Positions 20,266 through 29,866 of a DNA stretch of 64,000 bases are shown piece by piece (the stretch's first letter is position 1; every line of letters begins with the position of its first letter). A program made the position numbers and the translations under genes. The stretch lies in sequence record MW749003.1; one strand, 5' to 3'. The notes under the pieces were generated by a model. That model worked only from the letters and a program-made list of their open reading frames with translations. It had not been told where the DNA came from and searched no databases.

Positions 20266-20865
20266 ATGGGTAGATTTGATCCAGTTACTTATAAATCGCT
20301 AGCTAATAATGATAACACTTTTAATAGATTACGACAAAAAACGTGGGGAGTCTTTATTGTTAGTGAGTATAAAGAATCTATTGGAGAACCAGTTCCAATT
20401 AATGCATCATCAATGAAAGATGATTATACATTGTTTGGAATCGAAAGTTCAAACATAGCAAAAAGAGATTATTCTATTAAAGGATATAAACCAGATGTAG
20501 ATATTCCTAAAACTGGGCCAGAAGGTGAAGAAATTATATCAATTACTAACGTTTCTATTCTTAAAGATGGTGCTGTTCAGTTAGGGACTAAAAGAATTCT
20601 TAATGGTTCATATTATGTAGATAATAAACCTTATTATGCTGATAGTGATGTATTATATGATAATGTAAAAATATACTACTATTATTCTAAGGTTAAAGAC
20701 TATTCATGGAATCTTGTATTACTAACAAAAAGTCTTCAAGAAGCTAAAGATAAGGTTAATGATTGGTTACGTTTACCTGAAATTGGTAGTACTTACCCAA
20801 TTGCTGGAATTAATAGTGTAATGATTACTGAAATTATACCTTCTGATAGTATAATTGAGTTGTAG
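20266..20865 (+). CDS. KQPRQKMWGVF family paralog 2 with an insertion of about 110 aa
   Basis: LRQKTWGVF...[insert]...EAKDKVNDWL..P...AGINSVMITEIIP. Confidence 0.7.
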   Translation: MGRFDPVTYKSLANNDNTFNRLRQKTWGVFIVSEYKESIGEPVPINASSMKDDYTLFGIESSNIAKRDYSIKGYKPDVDIPKTGPEGEEIISITNVSILKDGAVQLGTKRILNGSYYVDNKPYYADSDVLYDNVKIYYYYSKVKDYSWNLVLLTKSLQEAKDKVNDWLRLPEIGSTYPIAGINSVMITEIIPSDSIIEL

Positions 20866-20877
20866 GGAGTGTTATTA

Positions 20878-21147
20878 ATGTCATATTCTACAGTTGAATA
20901 CAAAGCAGTTTCTACTAGTGAAAGTATTTTTAAACAACCTAGACAGAAAATGTGGGGAGTATTTGTTGCTGTTAGTAAATCTGATAATATTAACAAATGG
21001 AAGTTAATTTATTTAGATAATGATTTCGAAGGTGCAAAGGACGTATTTAATGATTGGTTGCAAAACCCACAAGATCCAAAACTTGCAGGCATGGATAATA
21101 TTATTATGACAGAAGTACTTCCTGCTAATAGTTCTACAAGAAATTAA
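20878..21147 (+). CDS. KQPRQKMWGVF family paralog 3
   Basis: SD GGGAG; KQPRQKMWGVF...GAKDVFNDWL..P...AGMDNIIMTEVLP. Confidence 0.7.
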   Translation: MSYSTVEYKAVSTSESIFKQPRQKMWGVFVAVSKSDNINKWKLIYLDNDFEGAKDVFNDWLQNPQDPKLAGMDNIIMTEVLPANSSTRN

Positions 21148-21189
21148 AAATGAATGTAATGGGTGATTATTTCCCATTACATTCATTTT
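21147..21189 (+). terminator. Intra-operon hairpin/terminator
   Basis: AAAATGAATGTAATGGG/CCCATTACATTCATTTT. Confidence 0.6.
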
Positions 21190-21202
21190 ATTAAAGAAAG
21201 GG

Positions 21203-22222
21203 ATGTTATTTATGAATCTTCTAAAAATAAAAGATGGAAGATTGGAATTAGATAATTTCTATACAAATAGTAATTTTGCAGATTTTTTAAATAAAGGTGG
21301 AACTCATAGAGATTTTGAAGATAATTCTCTTTATATTGATACTAATGAAAAGGTAGAACGAGTCTTAAATTATAAAAACTTTCTCATTGAAATTAAGAAA
21401 GAGAATTGGGAAGAATTAAATGAAGATGAAAAGTTTACATTCTATATTGGTGATTCAGTAAATGAGTATGGGATTAGTGAAGATAAAGATGATCCAATTC
21501 AAAAACAGTTTCAAAAGATTATTTATTCAGAAGGATATGTTCAATGCTATGTATCAGATGATGGAATATCATGGCAGAATTTAGGAGGAGTTAATAATTT
21601 AGGGGAAAATATTACTAAACAGGGATTTCAAAAAATAAGTACAAAAAGTCTAAAATTATTACACTATGCAGTTTATACTGATCCATTTTTGACTATTCAG
21701 AATTTTCCAGAAGGTTACATTGCTAAGTTATATGATGAGAATAATAATTTAATTAAAGAGAGATTATTTGATAAGAATAATGAAGTCAAAATATTCTTAG
21801 ATTATAATATTACTGGTTATATAGTGATTTATGATTTAGAAAATAATGAAGTAACACGAACAAATCAAATGGAATTTTCATATGGTAACACCTTTATTGC
21901 TTGTGATTATAAATTAGAAATGATTTATAAAGATCAATTGCTTTCAAATGAGGAAGTCACTGAGATTGATACTTATGGTTCTCCTCAGTTAGTCACATTA
22001 AGAAATATTTCAGATAGTCAGACATATAATAATTTAACTATTACAACTGAAACTCTTAGTGATGATTTAATTGAATTAAGCTTAGATAATATTACTTTTA
22101 GTGAGTCTATTACAATACCTGATATTCTTCCAAATGAGGAAATTGATATTTATATTAGTATTAATCGGGGAGAAAAGACACCTACATTCTCTTATAGAGA
22201 ATTTCTATTTAAAGTTCTTTAA
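21203..22222 (+). CDS. Putative structural/adhesion-like beta protein, last gene of late operon
   Basis: 339 aa, beta-rich; YVSDDGISWQNLG Asp-box-like motif. Confidence 0.55.
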   Translation: MLFMNLLKIKDGRLELDNFYTNSNFADFLNKGGTHRDFEDNSLYIDTNEKVERVLNYKNFLIEIKKENWEELNEDEKFTFYIGDSVNEYGISEDKDDPIQKQFQKIIYSEGYVQCYVSDDGISWQNLGGVNNLGENITKQGFQKISTKSLKLLHYAVYTDPFLTIQNFPEGYIAKLYDENNNLIKERLFDKNNEVKIFLDYNITGYIVIYDLENNEVTRTNQMEFSYGNTFIACDYKLEMIYKDQLLSNEEVTEIDTYGSPQLVTLRNISDSQTYNNLTITTETLSDDLIELSLDNITFSESITIPDILPNEEIDIYISINRGEKTPTFSYREFLFKVL

Positions 22223-22251
22223 TAATAATACGACTAATATGTTTTTAAAAT

Positions 22252-22267
22252 ATATATTATAAACTTG
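22252..22267 (+). promoter_or_regulatory. Early-type promoter inside a 16-bp inverted repeat (22232-22294)
   Basis: ATATATTAT-N6-G. Confidence 0.65.
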
Positions 22268-22322
22268 ATATAGAATATTAAAAACATATTAGTCTTTTAA
22301 GGAGGTATTTTTTAAAAAAGTT

Positions 22323-22529
22323 ATGAAAAAAGATAACATTTTAAAGGAAAACGAAAAGTTAGAAATTTGATGTCAGAGATGTGGAAATCTAGGAGCTAAA
22401 AGGAGGAGAACTAATACAAATTATATGGAAGAAGATAGGAACTTTGTTATAGAATGTAATAATTGTTTTACATTAACTGAAGAGTATTGGGAAGGACAAT
22501 GGGAGATTTATAACTCACTTAGAGGTTAA
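22323..22529 (+). pseudogene. Small Zn-finger protein with in-frame TGA at 22368
   Basis: MKKDNILKENEKLEI*CQRCG...KRRRTNTNY...CNNC...EEYWEGQWEIY*; SD AAGGAGG upstream. Confidence 0.5.
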
Positions 22530-22535
22530 AAGGAG

Positions 22536-23168
22536 ATGTTTCATTTGGGAGCAAGAGCAATTAAAAAAGAAAAATATAATGAGAGCGTTAGAAAATCATT
22601 TAGAAGCCATTTAAATAGTTTATTTGAAAGTGGATTTAAAAAAGATCCAGAAAATTTAGAATCACTTAAATTTGCAATTCATATTGAGGATTTAATACTA
22701 AAGAGTAATTTTTATATTGAGTATTATGTTCCAAATAAGGGTTCTAATAAAGGTCAAATTATGAGAGCAGATGACATTTTGAATAAGAAGAAGGGAATGG
22801 TACAAGATATTACTATACTTGAAAAATATGGTCATCTTGTTTCAGATGATTTAAGTTTTAAAAGAATTAATAAATACAATTATGGAAAAATTGCATTTAA
22901 TACCAATACTTATGATATTGGTATTATTAGAGGATACTATGATGACAACACTAAAACAAGAAAGCGTTATAAAGTTGATTATTGTAATATTGGGGAAAAT
23001 TTAACAATTAAAACAAGTGATTGGAACGAAGAATACTGTAAAGTTTATAATAGTAAAGATGAAATGATTATAGGTGTTGAGGAAGAACTATCAATGCATC
23101 CAGAAATTAATAAAGTACTAGAACACTTAGATTTTAAAATGGGAATCTTAAAATATAGAGGAAAATAA
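22536..23168 (+). CDS. Hypothetical protein
   Basis: 210-aa ORF, SD AAGGAG. Confidence 0.7.
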   Translation: MFHLGARAIKKEKYNESVRKSFRSHLNSLFESGFKKDPENLESLKFAIHIEDLILKSNFYIEYYVPNKGSNKGQIMRADDILNKKKGMVQDITILEKYGHLVSDDLSFKRINKYNYGKIAFNTNTYDIGIIRGYYDDNTKTRKRYKVDYCNIGENLTIKTSDWNEEYCKVYNSKDEMIIGVEEELSMHPEINKVLEHLDFKMGILKYRGK

Positions 23169-23178
23169 AAATTAGGAG

Positions 23179-23880
23179 ATGACAACTATGAAAAAACTTC
23201 TTATTCTAACAATTCTGATTACATTACTAATTCCATTTAATACTATTGAAGCAAAATCTAAAGTTAATGCTCCTTTTGCAACAGTTATGGACACTACATT
23301 AATATTTAACGATCCAAAAGGAAAATCTAATCAAAGTACAGAATTTGTTTTATATGTAAAGAACAAAGGTAAATATGAAGAATATGAATCAATTGAGACA
23401 TATTATGGGGAATCTTATAATTTTATTAATGTTAGAAGAAACGGTCAGTATGCTATATCTATTAGAAAAAATGGCAGAGAAAGTAGTCTGAAAAAATTTA
23501 ATGTATCTAAATCAAGAGAAAAGGTAAAACTAAGTGGAAATATATTTGATACAAGAAGAGTATATTCTCCTTTGCATGTTCTTATTGATAGAAAAGGTAA
23601 CTTTCAAGTTGGTTTTAATAAAAAAGTATCAAATAAAAAAGTTAAAATTAAAATGTATACACTTGAAAAGAATGGAAAAAGAAAATATAGAGGATCTAAA
23701 AGTATAAAAGGTAATAAACCTCATAGAATTGATGCTAAATTTAATAAAATTAAGAAGTCAAGAAATTTTATCTTTACTTATACGATTGGTAAAAAGGAAA
23801 GCGAATATACATTCTTAACATTTGATAAAGAAGGGAAGTATATTGATGAAGAATTTGTTTCTAAAAAAGGAAAGAGATAA
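23179..23880 (+). CDS. Exported basic beta-rich protein (signal peptide)
   Basis: MKKLLILTILITLLIPFNTIEA signal-like sequence; very Lys-rich. Confidence 0.7.
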   Translation: MTTMKKLLILTILITLLIPFNTIEAKSKVNAPFATVMDTTLIFNDPKGKSNQSTEFVLYVKNKGKYEEYESIETYYGESYNFINVRRNGQYAISIRKNGRESSLKKFNVSKSREKVKLSGNIFDTRRVYSPLHVLIDRKGNFQVGFNKKVSNKKVKIKMYTLEKNGKRKYRGSKSIKGNKPHRIDAKFNKIKKSRNFIFTYTIGKKESEYTFLTFDKEGKYIDEEFVSKKGKR

Positions 23881-24099
23881 ATGAGTGCTAATAATAATAA
23901 TAATACTGTTAAATTTCTCAATAAAATCATGGTTATATTATTAGTGATTGGAGGACTGATTTTTACGGTACTCTTTATTACTAGCTTTATTAGTGATGAA
24001 AGTTATTCATTTGTATCTACCCTCCTTATTGATTGGTTGGGTGTGATTTGTTTAATTGCTACATATAGCACAATCTTTTATTATATCACATTGAAATAA
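23881..24099 (+). CDS. Small two-TM membrane protein
   Basis: Two hydrophobic segments; abuts upstream stop. Confidence 0.65.
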   Translation: MSANNNNNTVKFLNKIMVILLVIGGLIFTVLFITSFISDESYSFVSTLLIDWLGVICLIATYSTIFYYITLK

Positions 24100-24197
24100 T
24101 AAAAGAAAAAGTGATTGATAATGGTAGAAAATAACCAAACTTTGAGGTATTAGTAGAGAATTACACATTAAGCGCAGGGAGAGAGGGGTGTTTTAGG

Positions 24198-24407
24198 ATG
24201 GCATACACATTAATGGGGTACTTTCCTGTACTAAGAAGAAAGATGAATGCAGAATTTAAGCGGGTAGGGTTCAAGAATATCAAGGAAAAACGTTGGTTTT
24301 TCAACAAAGTTCTTGGAAAAACTCCATATTTAAACGACATGACTATTGCGGAGATGGAACAGGTTATTTTTGAGTTACAAAAGTACAATAACGTAAATGA
24401 AATTTAA
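24198..24407 (+). CDS. Hypothetical protein
   Basis: 69-aa ORF with purine-rich SD region. Confidence 0.55.
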   Translation: MAYTLMGYFPVLRRKMNAEFKRVGFKNIKEKRWFFNKVLGKTPYLNDMTIAEMEQVIFELQKYNNVNEI

Positions 24408-24427
24408 AGAAGGTCAACAAGTTGTTA

Positions 24428-24472
24428 AATAAGACTATACCATAAATTGGTATAGTCTTATTTTTTTTTTTT
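24428..24472. terminator. Bidirectional intrinsic terminator
   Basis: AATAAGACTATACCA/TGGTATAGTCTTATT plus long T-run, between convergent genes. Confidence 0.7.
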
Positions 24473-26732
24473 AATAATGAACTTTAACTAAATCATTTTT
24501 AATAATTAAAGTAAGATCATCTTTTGTAAATGTATAATTATTCTTTTTATCTAGTTCTAGATTTTCCCACCAACTACCAGTAAGAACCTTAGAGATTTTT
24601 TGTGTATTTAGATCAATTGTTTGAGACATAATAGATTTTTTAGTGACATCAAGAACATTATTCAATGATTCCATTTTTTCTTTTTCAGTAATATTATCGT
24701 TATTTACAATTGCTTCACAAAATTTAATTGTATTTTTCATAACTTCAGCAGGTGCATTTTTCTTTTTATCATTTAGAACATCTTCAACTTTTGGAAGAGA
24801 CGACCATCCTTTAAGTGTAAATTCCAATAAACGGCTCATATAAAAGTCATTAGACTCTACTACTTCCCTTCCAATACCCTGATATTCTAATCTAGAGTTT
24901 AATCCATGTGCTTCTAATACTTTAATTTGATCAGCATTAAATTTTGCAAACTGTTCCGTTTTTTTCATGTTATACGATTTATTTTTAAATTCATTGATAT
25001 AATATTTAATTACTTTTTGTTTAGCTTTAAGAACATTAATATCAAAAACAATATTTAAAATAATTTCTGGATCGTTATTATTGGCATACATTCTATTAAT
25101 AATTGGAAGAGACTCTAAATTGAAAGTAACATCAATACTATTTACTGTTTTTTGCCCATCTTCTTCATTCCAATTAGCGTCTAAATGTAAAATTAACTTA
25201 TCAAAGTCAATAACACCTTCTTGATGAAGAGCTAATAGTTTATCATATGTGTCTTTATCAATACGAACAGTAATTTTATTTACATTAAGATTACCATCTT
25301 TAATAATAGTTTGAGTTCTATAGATACAAGAATCAATCTCTTTTGGAAGTTTTACACGTTTAGCTTCTAATGGATTAATAGAAACTTTTCCATTAATTTT
25401 ATAACGGACACTGATATTTAAGTGTTTAGAATTGAAAATTAATTCATTCATAGGTGCTAGTGGTTTTTCATCACTTTTCTTAAATACATTAAAGGTATCA
25501 GTTACCTTTTTACCAATTCGATTATATTCACTACTATCTAATGGAATGTAATAGTTATTACCAGATGTTAGTACTTTTAATAAATCCATAACACAAAAAG
25601 CATCTTCTTTAGGGAGATAATCCTCTTCAGCCCTTCCATCTTTAAAGCGTGTTTTATTGACAAAAATAGCTTTATTGAGTTCTTTCATGTATTCTTGACG
25701 AGAATCAGCAGTAAAAGCCTCCATGTGTTTATCAATAAAGTACTTATCACCAATACTCATATGCATAATGTCAAGTGATTCATCAGCCTTACCAGCATAA
25801 TACAATTCATATGCTAAAGCATATTTAAAATTAGCTTCAGTAGTAACTGGAATTTTAGATTTAATCGAATCAATATTAATAACTTCATCATTTACTTTAA
25901 TTTCTTTAGCATCAGTGATAATAAAGAATTGGTTTTTAATCTTATTCAAGAAATCTAGATGCATTCTTGCTTCTTCAGAATACTTAGTATTTTTATTACT
26001 TAGGTATAAAATTCTTGAATTTTCATCAGCTTCAATAGTAACCTTCTCAGATACCATATCGCTTAAAATCTGGTAGTTATGGCTAAAAATATCATCATAG
26101 TCATTAATTTTACTAGAGTGAATTAAACGACCAAACATAGTTTGGGCGGACATTTCTTCTAGTAAAGCTCTATTATAGTAGTTTCCATATCCGATAGTAT
26201 TCAAAGCCATAATATCATCTTTAATAGAATCAATTCTTTCCCAAATTAATTCATATTCTTTTCTTTCATTACTTACTACAGGAACACCATCAGTAAAAAA
26301 AGTCACATTAAAATTAGGACAGAGGGCTTTTAAGTCATCAATAATTTCTTTAACATGCAATAGTGATTCAGAAAAACAAGTAGCACCAACAGGTGATTTA
26401 AGAGTATCGAGTAAAATATTAATATCTTCAGAATCACGTTTTGATTTACCTTTAAACACTGTTTTACATTGACCTTCACTAGAGAACCAGATAACTGAAA
26501 TTAGATCATTATCACTCATTAATCGTAATGTACCTTTAACATTTTCAATTAATTGTGGTAAATCAGTATTCATTGACCAAGACCGATCTAATACATGGAT
26601 ATGATGCAATCTATCAACTTCAATACTACTTTCTTTTACTTCTTCTTTAGAGTAATTGATAGCAATGACAGTTTTTTCAGTATTTCCCAATTTAATTTGA
26701 CTTTTATATGTTTTCATCATGTTCCTCCTCAA
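24471..26732 (-). CDS. von Willebrand factor A (MIDAS) domain protein (probable start 26720)
   Basis: HVLDRSWSM (DxSxS), GATCFSESL, FFTDG; SD GAGGAGG; late promoter 26747-26758. Confidence 0.8.
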   Translation of the reverse strand: MRRNMMKTYKSQIKLGNTEKTVIAINYSKEEVKESSIEVDRLHHIHVLDRSWSMNTDLPQLIENVKGTLRLMSDNDLISVIWFSSEGQCKTVFKGKSKRDSEDINILLDTLKSPVGATCFSESLLHVKEIIDDLKALCPNFNVTFFTDGVPVVSNERKEYELIWERIDSIKDDIMALNTIGYGNYYNRALLEEMSAQTMFGRLIHSSKINDYDDIFSHNYQILSDMVSEKVTIEADENSRILYLSNKNTKYSEEARMHLDFLNKIKNQFFIITDAKEIKVNDEVINIDSIKSKIPVTTEANFKYALAYELYYAGKADESLDIMHMSIGDKYFIDKHMEAFTADSRQEYMKELNKAIFVNKTRFKDGRAEEDYLPKEDAFCVMDLLKVLTSGNNYYIPLDSSEYNRIGKKVTDTFNVFKKSDEKPLAPMNELIFNSKHLNISVRYKINGKVSINPLEAKRVKLPKEIDSCIYRTQTIIKDGNLNVNKITVRIDKDTYDKLLALHQEGVIDFDKLILHLDANWNEEDGQKTVNSIDVTFNLESLPIINRMYANNNDPEIILNIVFDINVLKAKQKVIKYYINEFKNKSYNMKKTEQFAKFNADQIKVLEAHGLNSRLEYQGIGREVVESNDFYMSRLLEFTLKGWSSLPKVEDVLNDKKKNAPAEVMKNTIKFCEAIVNNDNITEKEKMESLNNVLDVTKKSIMSQTIDLNTQKISKVLTGSWWENLELDKKNNYTFTKDDLTLIIKNDLVKVHY

Positions 26733-26746
26733 GATTTTCAGTTTTA

Positions 26747-26758
26747 CAATTGAGTGTT
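26747..26758 (-). promoter_or_regulatory. Late-type promoter
   Basis: AACA-CTCAAT-TG on minus strand. Confidence 0.55.
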
Positions 26759-26811
26759 TGAACTTCTCATAAAAAGTTAGGAGAAAACCGTATCAAAATT
26801 TTTTTATAAAT

Positions 26812-26827
26812 ATATATTATAATTGGG
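26812..26827 (+). promoter_or_regulatory. Early-type promoter
   Basis: ATATATTAT-N6-G; CGTATCAAA at 26789. Confidence 0.7.
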
Positions 26828-26866
26828 ATAAATGGTACAATTTATTCGAAAAGGGGAGAAAAAATT

Positions 26867-27616
26867 ATGGGGAGAATTTTTATGGAGAGTGAACAAGGGA
26901 TTGTGGAAGTGGAAGAAAAAGGAAATATTTATGAATTAACTGAAATCATGAAGGAAAAAGGTAGATCAGTGAAACTTAAGAAAACACATTTTATGGAAAG
27001 AGAAGAATTAGTGAAGTCTACGAATTTTAATTTAGTATCAAATAGCGTTATCACTAATTTTGAATTACAATTTCTAATTGGAGACAGTGATATTGTCAAT
27101 AGGAAAGATAGTGATATAGAATTATTTTTCCACAAAAGATTAAAAGTATTCCTAACAGAGATGTTAGTTGAAAAATTAACTAATAATGAAATTAAAGGTG
27201 CAACATATTCATTCTTTGGAAATATGGGAAATGAACATTTTGTATCACATATTGATAAAGTTCAAATTTTTAAAGATGAAAATAAAGTAAATTTTGTTTT
27301 CTCAAGTGTATTAGATGGAAAAATTAACAGCCTAGATGTTGATTTACATAAAATGAAAAATGAATTTCATGTTGATAAATTATTCAATATTATGAATAAT
27401 ATTATTGGTGAAGATGTTCATACTATTAATCTAAATTGTAGTTATAACACGCTTAATAATAGACGATTATTTAGTGTAAATATGTTACCTCTACTTATTG
27501 GTTATAAAACTAGCACTACACAAACTGAAAATTATCTATGTACCTTCACAGTATTTGACATAAATCTTTGGAAAGAGCCATTCATGATAGATAAAGAGCT
27601 AGGAAGAAATATATAA
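26867..27616 (+). CDS. Hypothetical protein, weak paralog of 27635-28435
   Basis: Shared pattern E(L/Y)xFxIxD...IFF...EM and C-terminal T..F...LW. Confidence 0.65.
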   Translation: MGRIFMESEQGIVEVEEKGNIYELTEIMKEKGRSVKLKKTHFMEREELVKSTNFNLVSNSVITNFELQFLIGDSDIVNRKDSDIELFFHKRLKVFLTEMLVEKLTNNEIKGATYSFFGNMGNEHFVSHIDKVQIFKDENKVNFVFSSVLDGKINSLDVDLHKMKNEFHVDKLFNIMNNIIGEDVHTINLNCSYNTLNNRRLFSVNMLPLLIGYKTSTTQTENYLCTFTVFDINLWKEPFMIDKELGRNI

Positions 27617-27634
27617 ATTATTTAAATATGGGAG

Positions 27635-28435
27635 ATGAGTGAAGAAATGACACCAATGGAGGAATATAGAGGATTATGTAATAGTGAAAGCGTTCTAAGT
27701 ATTTTTGATAGAAACTATAAATTTAGCGTTTCTAGAAATATTAAAGGTTTTAGCTTCACTGAGTCAATTAGAAATCCTTATGGCAACAATAAGATGAACA
27801 TCGGATCCCTTTCACAAGATAAAGAAGACATCATTAATGTTATAGATTATAGCAGATTAGATAAAGAATATAAATTGTCTAATCAAGTGGAATATGAATT
27901 CTTTATTAAAGATGTAAGAACTATTAATAAAGATTTTAAACTTTACAAAATATTCTTCTATAATGTTATTAAAGAAATGATATGGGAGAGAATAAAGGAA
28001 ACTCAAACATTTGACGGTTACAAAATCCCAGATAACCTTGAAATTAACTTAGTTGATACAGTTAATTTCATGAGTATTGACATTCCTTCAAGAATGGTGA
28101 ATTTTGATGAAATTCATTATAGTTATGGTAGATTTAATGATTCTATTAGTATTGATTTTGAATTTGCTAATAAATATATTGATTTAAATAAATTGATTAA
28201 TTTAGTTAATTCTGGTATTGAAAATAAAGAGCTAATAGAAATAGAAATGTCTCTACATGCACATAGGAACTTTAAAGATAATAGAGATGATTATTTATTT
28301 GATCTACCAATATTTATGAATTGCCACTCAGATCCAATAGACCCTAGAGATTCTAAGGAGGATTGGATAACAACAATGGCTATATTTAGTAATGAACTAT
28401 GGGATGGAAATTATGAAAATTTTATAAAAAAATAA
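27635..28435 (+). CDS. Hypothetical protein, weak paralog of 26867-27616
   Basis: 266-aa ORF, SD GGGAG. Confidence 0.65.
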   Translation: MSEEMTPMEEYRGLCNSESVLSIFDRNYKFSVSRNIKGFSFTESIRNPYGNNKMNIGSLSQDKEDIINVIDYSRLDKEYKLSNQVEYEFFIKDVRTINKDFKLYKIFFYNVIKEMIWERIKETQTFDGYKIPDNLEINLVDTVNFMSIDIPSRMVNFDEIHYSYGRFNDSISIDFEFANKYIDLNKLINLVNSGIENKELIEIEMSLHAHRNFKDNRDDYLFDLPIFMNCHSDPIDPRDSKEDWITTMAIFSNELWDGNYENFIKK

Positions 28436-28579
28436 AAGGAGGGAGTGAGTACATACCGTACCCCACTGTCCTTCTTTTTTTTATTCTGATTTTTCAAATT
28501 CAATTAAATCTTTTCCCATTTATTAATCTCGTTTAAACTTCTACCTTAAATATAGTTATTTCTTAAATATTTCCTATAC

Positions 28580-28795
28580 TTAATGTTTCATTCTTTTATT
28601 TAGCTCTTCCACAACTTTTTCAATATCACTTTCAAACTTATATGAGGTTAAGAATGCATTAGGAGTAATTCTAGATTTTTCATTATATTGAATTAATACT
28701 TGGAATAAATTAAGAAGATTATTCTTTTTCATTTCTTCTAGAACAATATTATTCTCTTCAATAAAACTAATTTTTTCAACAATATTAACACTCAT
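28580..28795 (-). CDS. Hypothetical protein
   Basis: 71 aa; SD AGGAGAGG; coupled to upstream gene. Confidence 0.6.
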   Translation of the reverse strand: MSVNIVEKISFIEENNIVLEEMKKNNLLNLFQVLIQYNEKSRITPNAFLTSYKFESDIEKVVEELNKRMKH

Positions 28796-28985
28796 TATTC
28801 AAACCTCTCCTTCTGATCTCTTTATTTGTTAAATCTAAAATTGAATTTTGACGTTTGATATATTCTTCTACAATATTACCACCAATTGAATGATCAAGAA
28901 TTCTTCTCTTAGCATCCTCTTGGCAAGCTAAGAGAGATTCATTATCTAGATTCTTAATACTATTGATATAAAATGATATATTCAT
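28785..28985 (-). CDS. Hypothetical protein
   Basis: 66 aa; SD GGGGG. Confidence 0.6.
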   Translation of the reverse strand: MNISFYINSIKNLDNESLLACQEDAKRRILDHSIGGNIVEEYIKRQNSILDLTNKEIRRRGLNNEC

Positions 28986-28994
28986 ATTTTCCCC

Positions 28995-29555
28995 CTAGAG
29001 ACGATTATATTTAAGTGCCATTAATATTGAAGATTTACTAGCTTTATAGATTTTATTATCCACTATTAAATTAAGAGCTTCCTCTTTTGTAAATGCTTTT
29101 ACCTCTCCAATTTCACCTTTTTGTGGAATAATATCATCAATAGTTGATCTTTTTAATCTAGTAATAAAAGTAAAATCCCTTTTATACTTAATCTGACCTC
29201 TCTTTAAATAAAACTTATCAGTATAATCAACAAGTTCAACTGTATAAGTTTGTATACCTGCCTTAATTCCAAATTCTTCTTCTAACTCTCTTAAAGCACA
29301 TCTCATTGGTGATTCTCCTTTTTCAAGACCACCTCCAGGAATAGTCCATTTATATTCTTCTTCACCATTTGCAATTTTCTCATGTACAAAATCTGGTAAG
29401 TCTGTTCTTGTTCCCAAAATAATTCTATCTTTATCATCTAGTAAAATAATACCACAACCAATATCTCTAAAACTACTATTGACCTTCTTGTTAACTGTGA
29501 TATCTTTTACTTTCTCAAAGATTGAGATATCACTATCTTTTCTTTTTGGAATCAT
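28995..29555 (-). CDS. Nudix hydrolase
   Basis: Complete Nudix box GGLEKGESPMRCALRELEEEFGI. Confidence 0.9.
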   Translation of the reverse strand: MIPKRKDSDISIFEKVKDITVNKKVNSSFRDIGCGIILLDDKDRIILGTRTDLPDFVHEKIANGEEEYKWTIPGGGLEKGESPMRCALRELEEEFGIKAGIQTYTVELVDYTDKFYLKRGQIKYKRDFTFITRLKRSTIDDIIPQKGEIGEVKAFTKEEALNLIVDNKIYKASKSSILMALKYNRL

Positions 29556-29582
29556 AATTATATTTCTCCTTTTTAAATTATT

Positions 29583-29598
29583 CTTTTTAATAATATAT
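29583..29598 (-). promoter_or_regulatory. Early-type promoter
   Basis: ATATATTAT-N6-G on minus strand upstream of Nudix gene. Confidence 0.65.
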
Positions 29599-29825
29599 AT
29601 TTAATGACTTATTTAAATAATTCTTTTTCTTCACATTAATTGGTTATGTATTTTTTATAAATAATAAAAGATATCATTTTATATAACAACATGTTATATA
29701 TTTGAATATCTTTTATTATTATTATTATTTTATTAAATAATATTTTTTTTTATTAATCCTTCCCTAAAAACCCCTATTATTAATTTTGTTTATTTTTTTA
29801 TTTGCTTAAAAAAATTAGAGAATGG

Positions 29826-29837
29826 AACATTATATTA
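29826..29837 (+). promoter_or_regulatory. Late-type promoter
   Basis: AACA-TTATAT-TA. Confidence 0.65.
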
Positions 29838-29866
29838 AATTTGATGGGAAGGATTGAGATTAGATC

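Noticed and set aside
22368-22370. Genome-wide stop-codon reassignment or selenocysteine
   Set aside because: TGA, TAG and TAA all terminate well-supported genes (for example 14816 TGA, 14102 TAG), and conserved genes need no read-through
29556-29866. Very AT-rich intergenic stretches (also 55282-55533) as replication origins
   Set aside because: No iterons or DnaA-box arrays; adequately explained as divergent promoter regions
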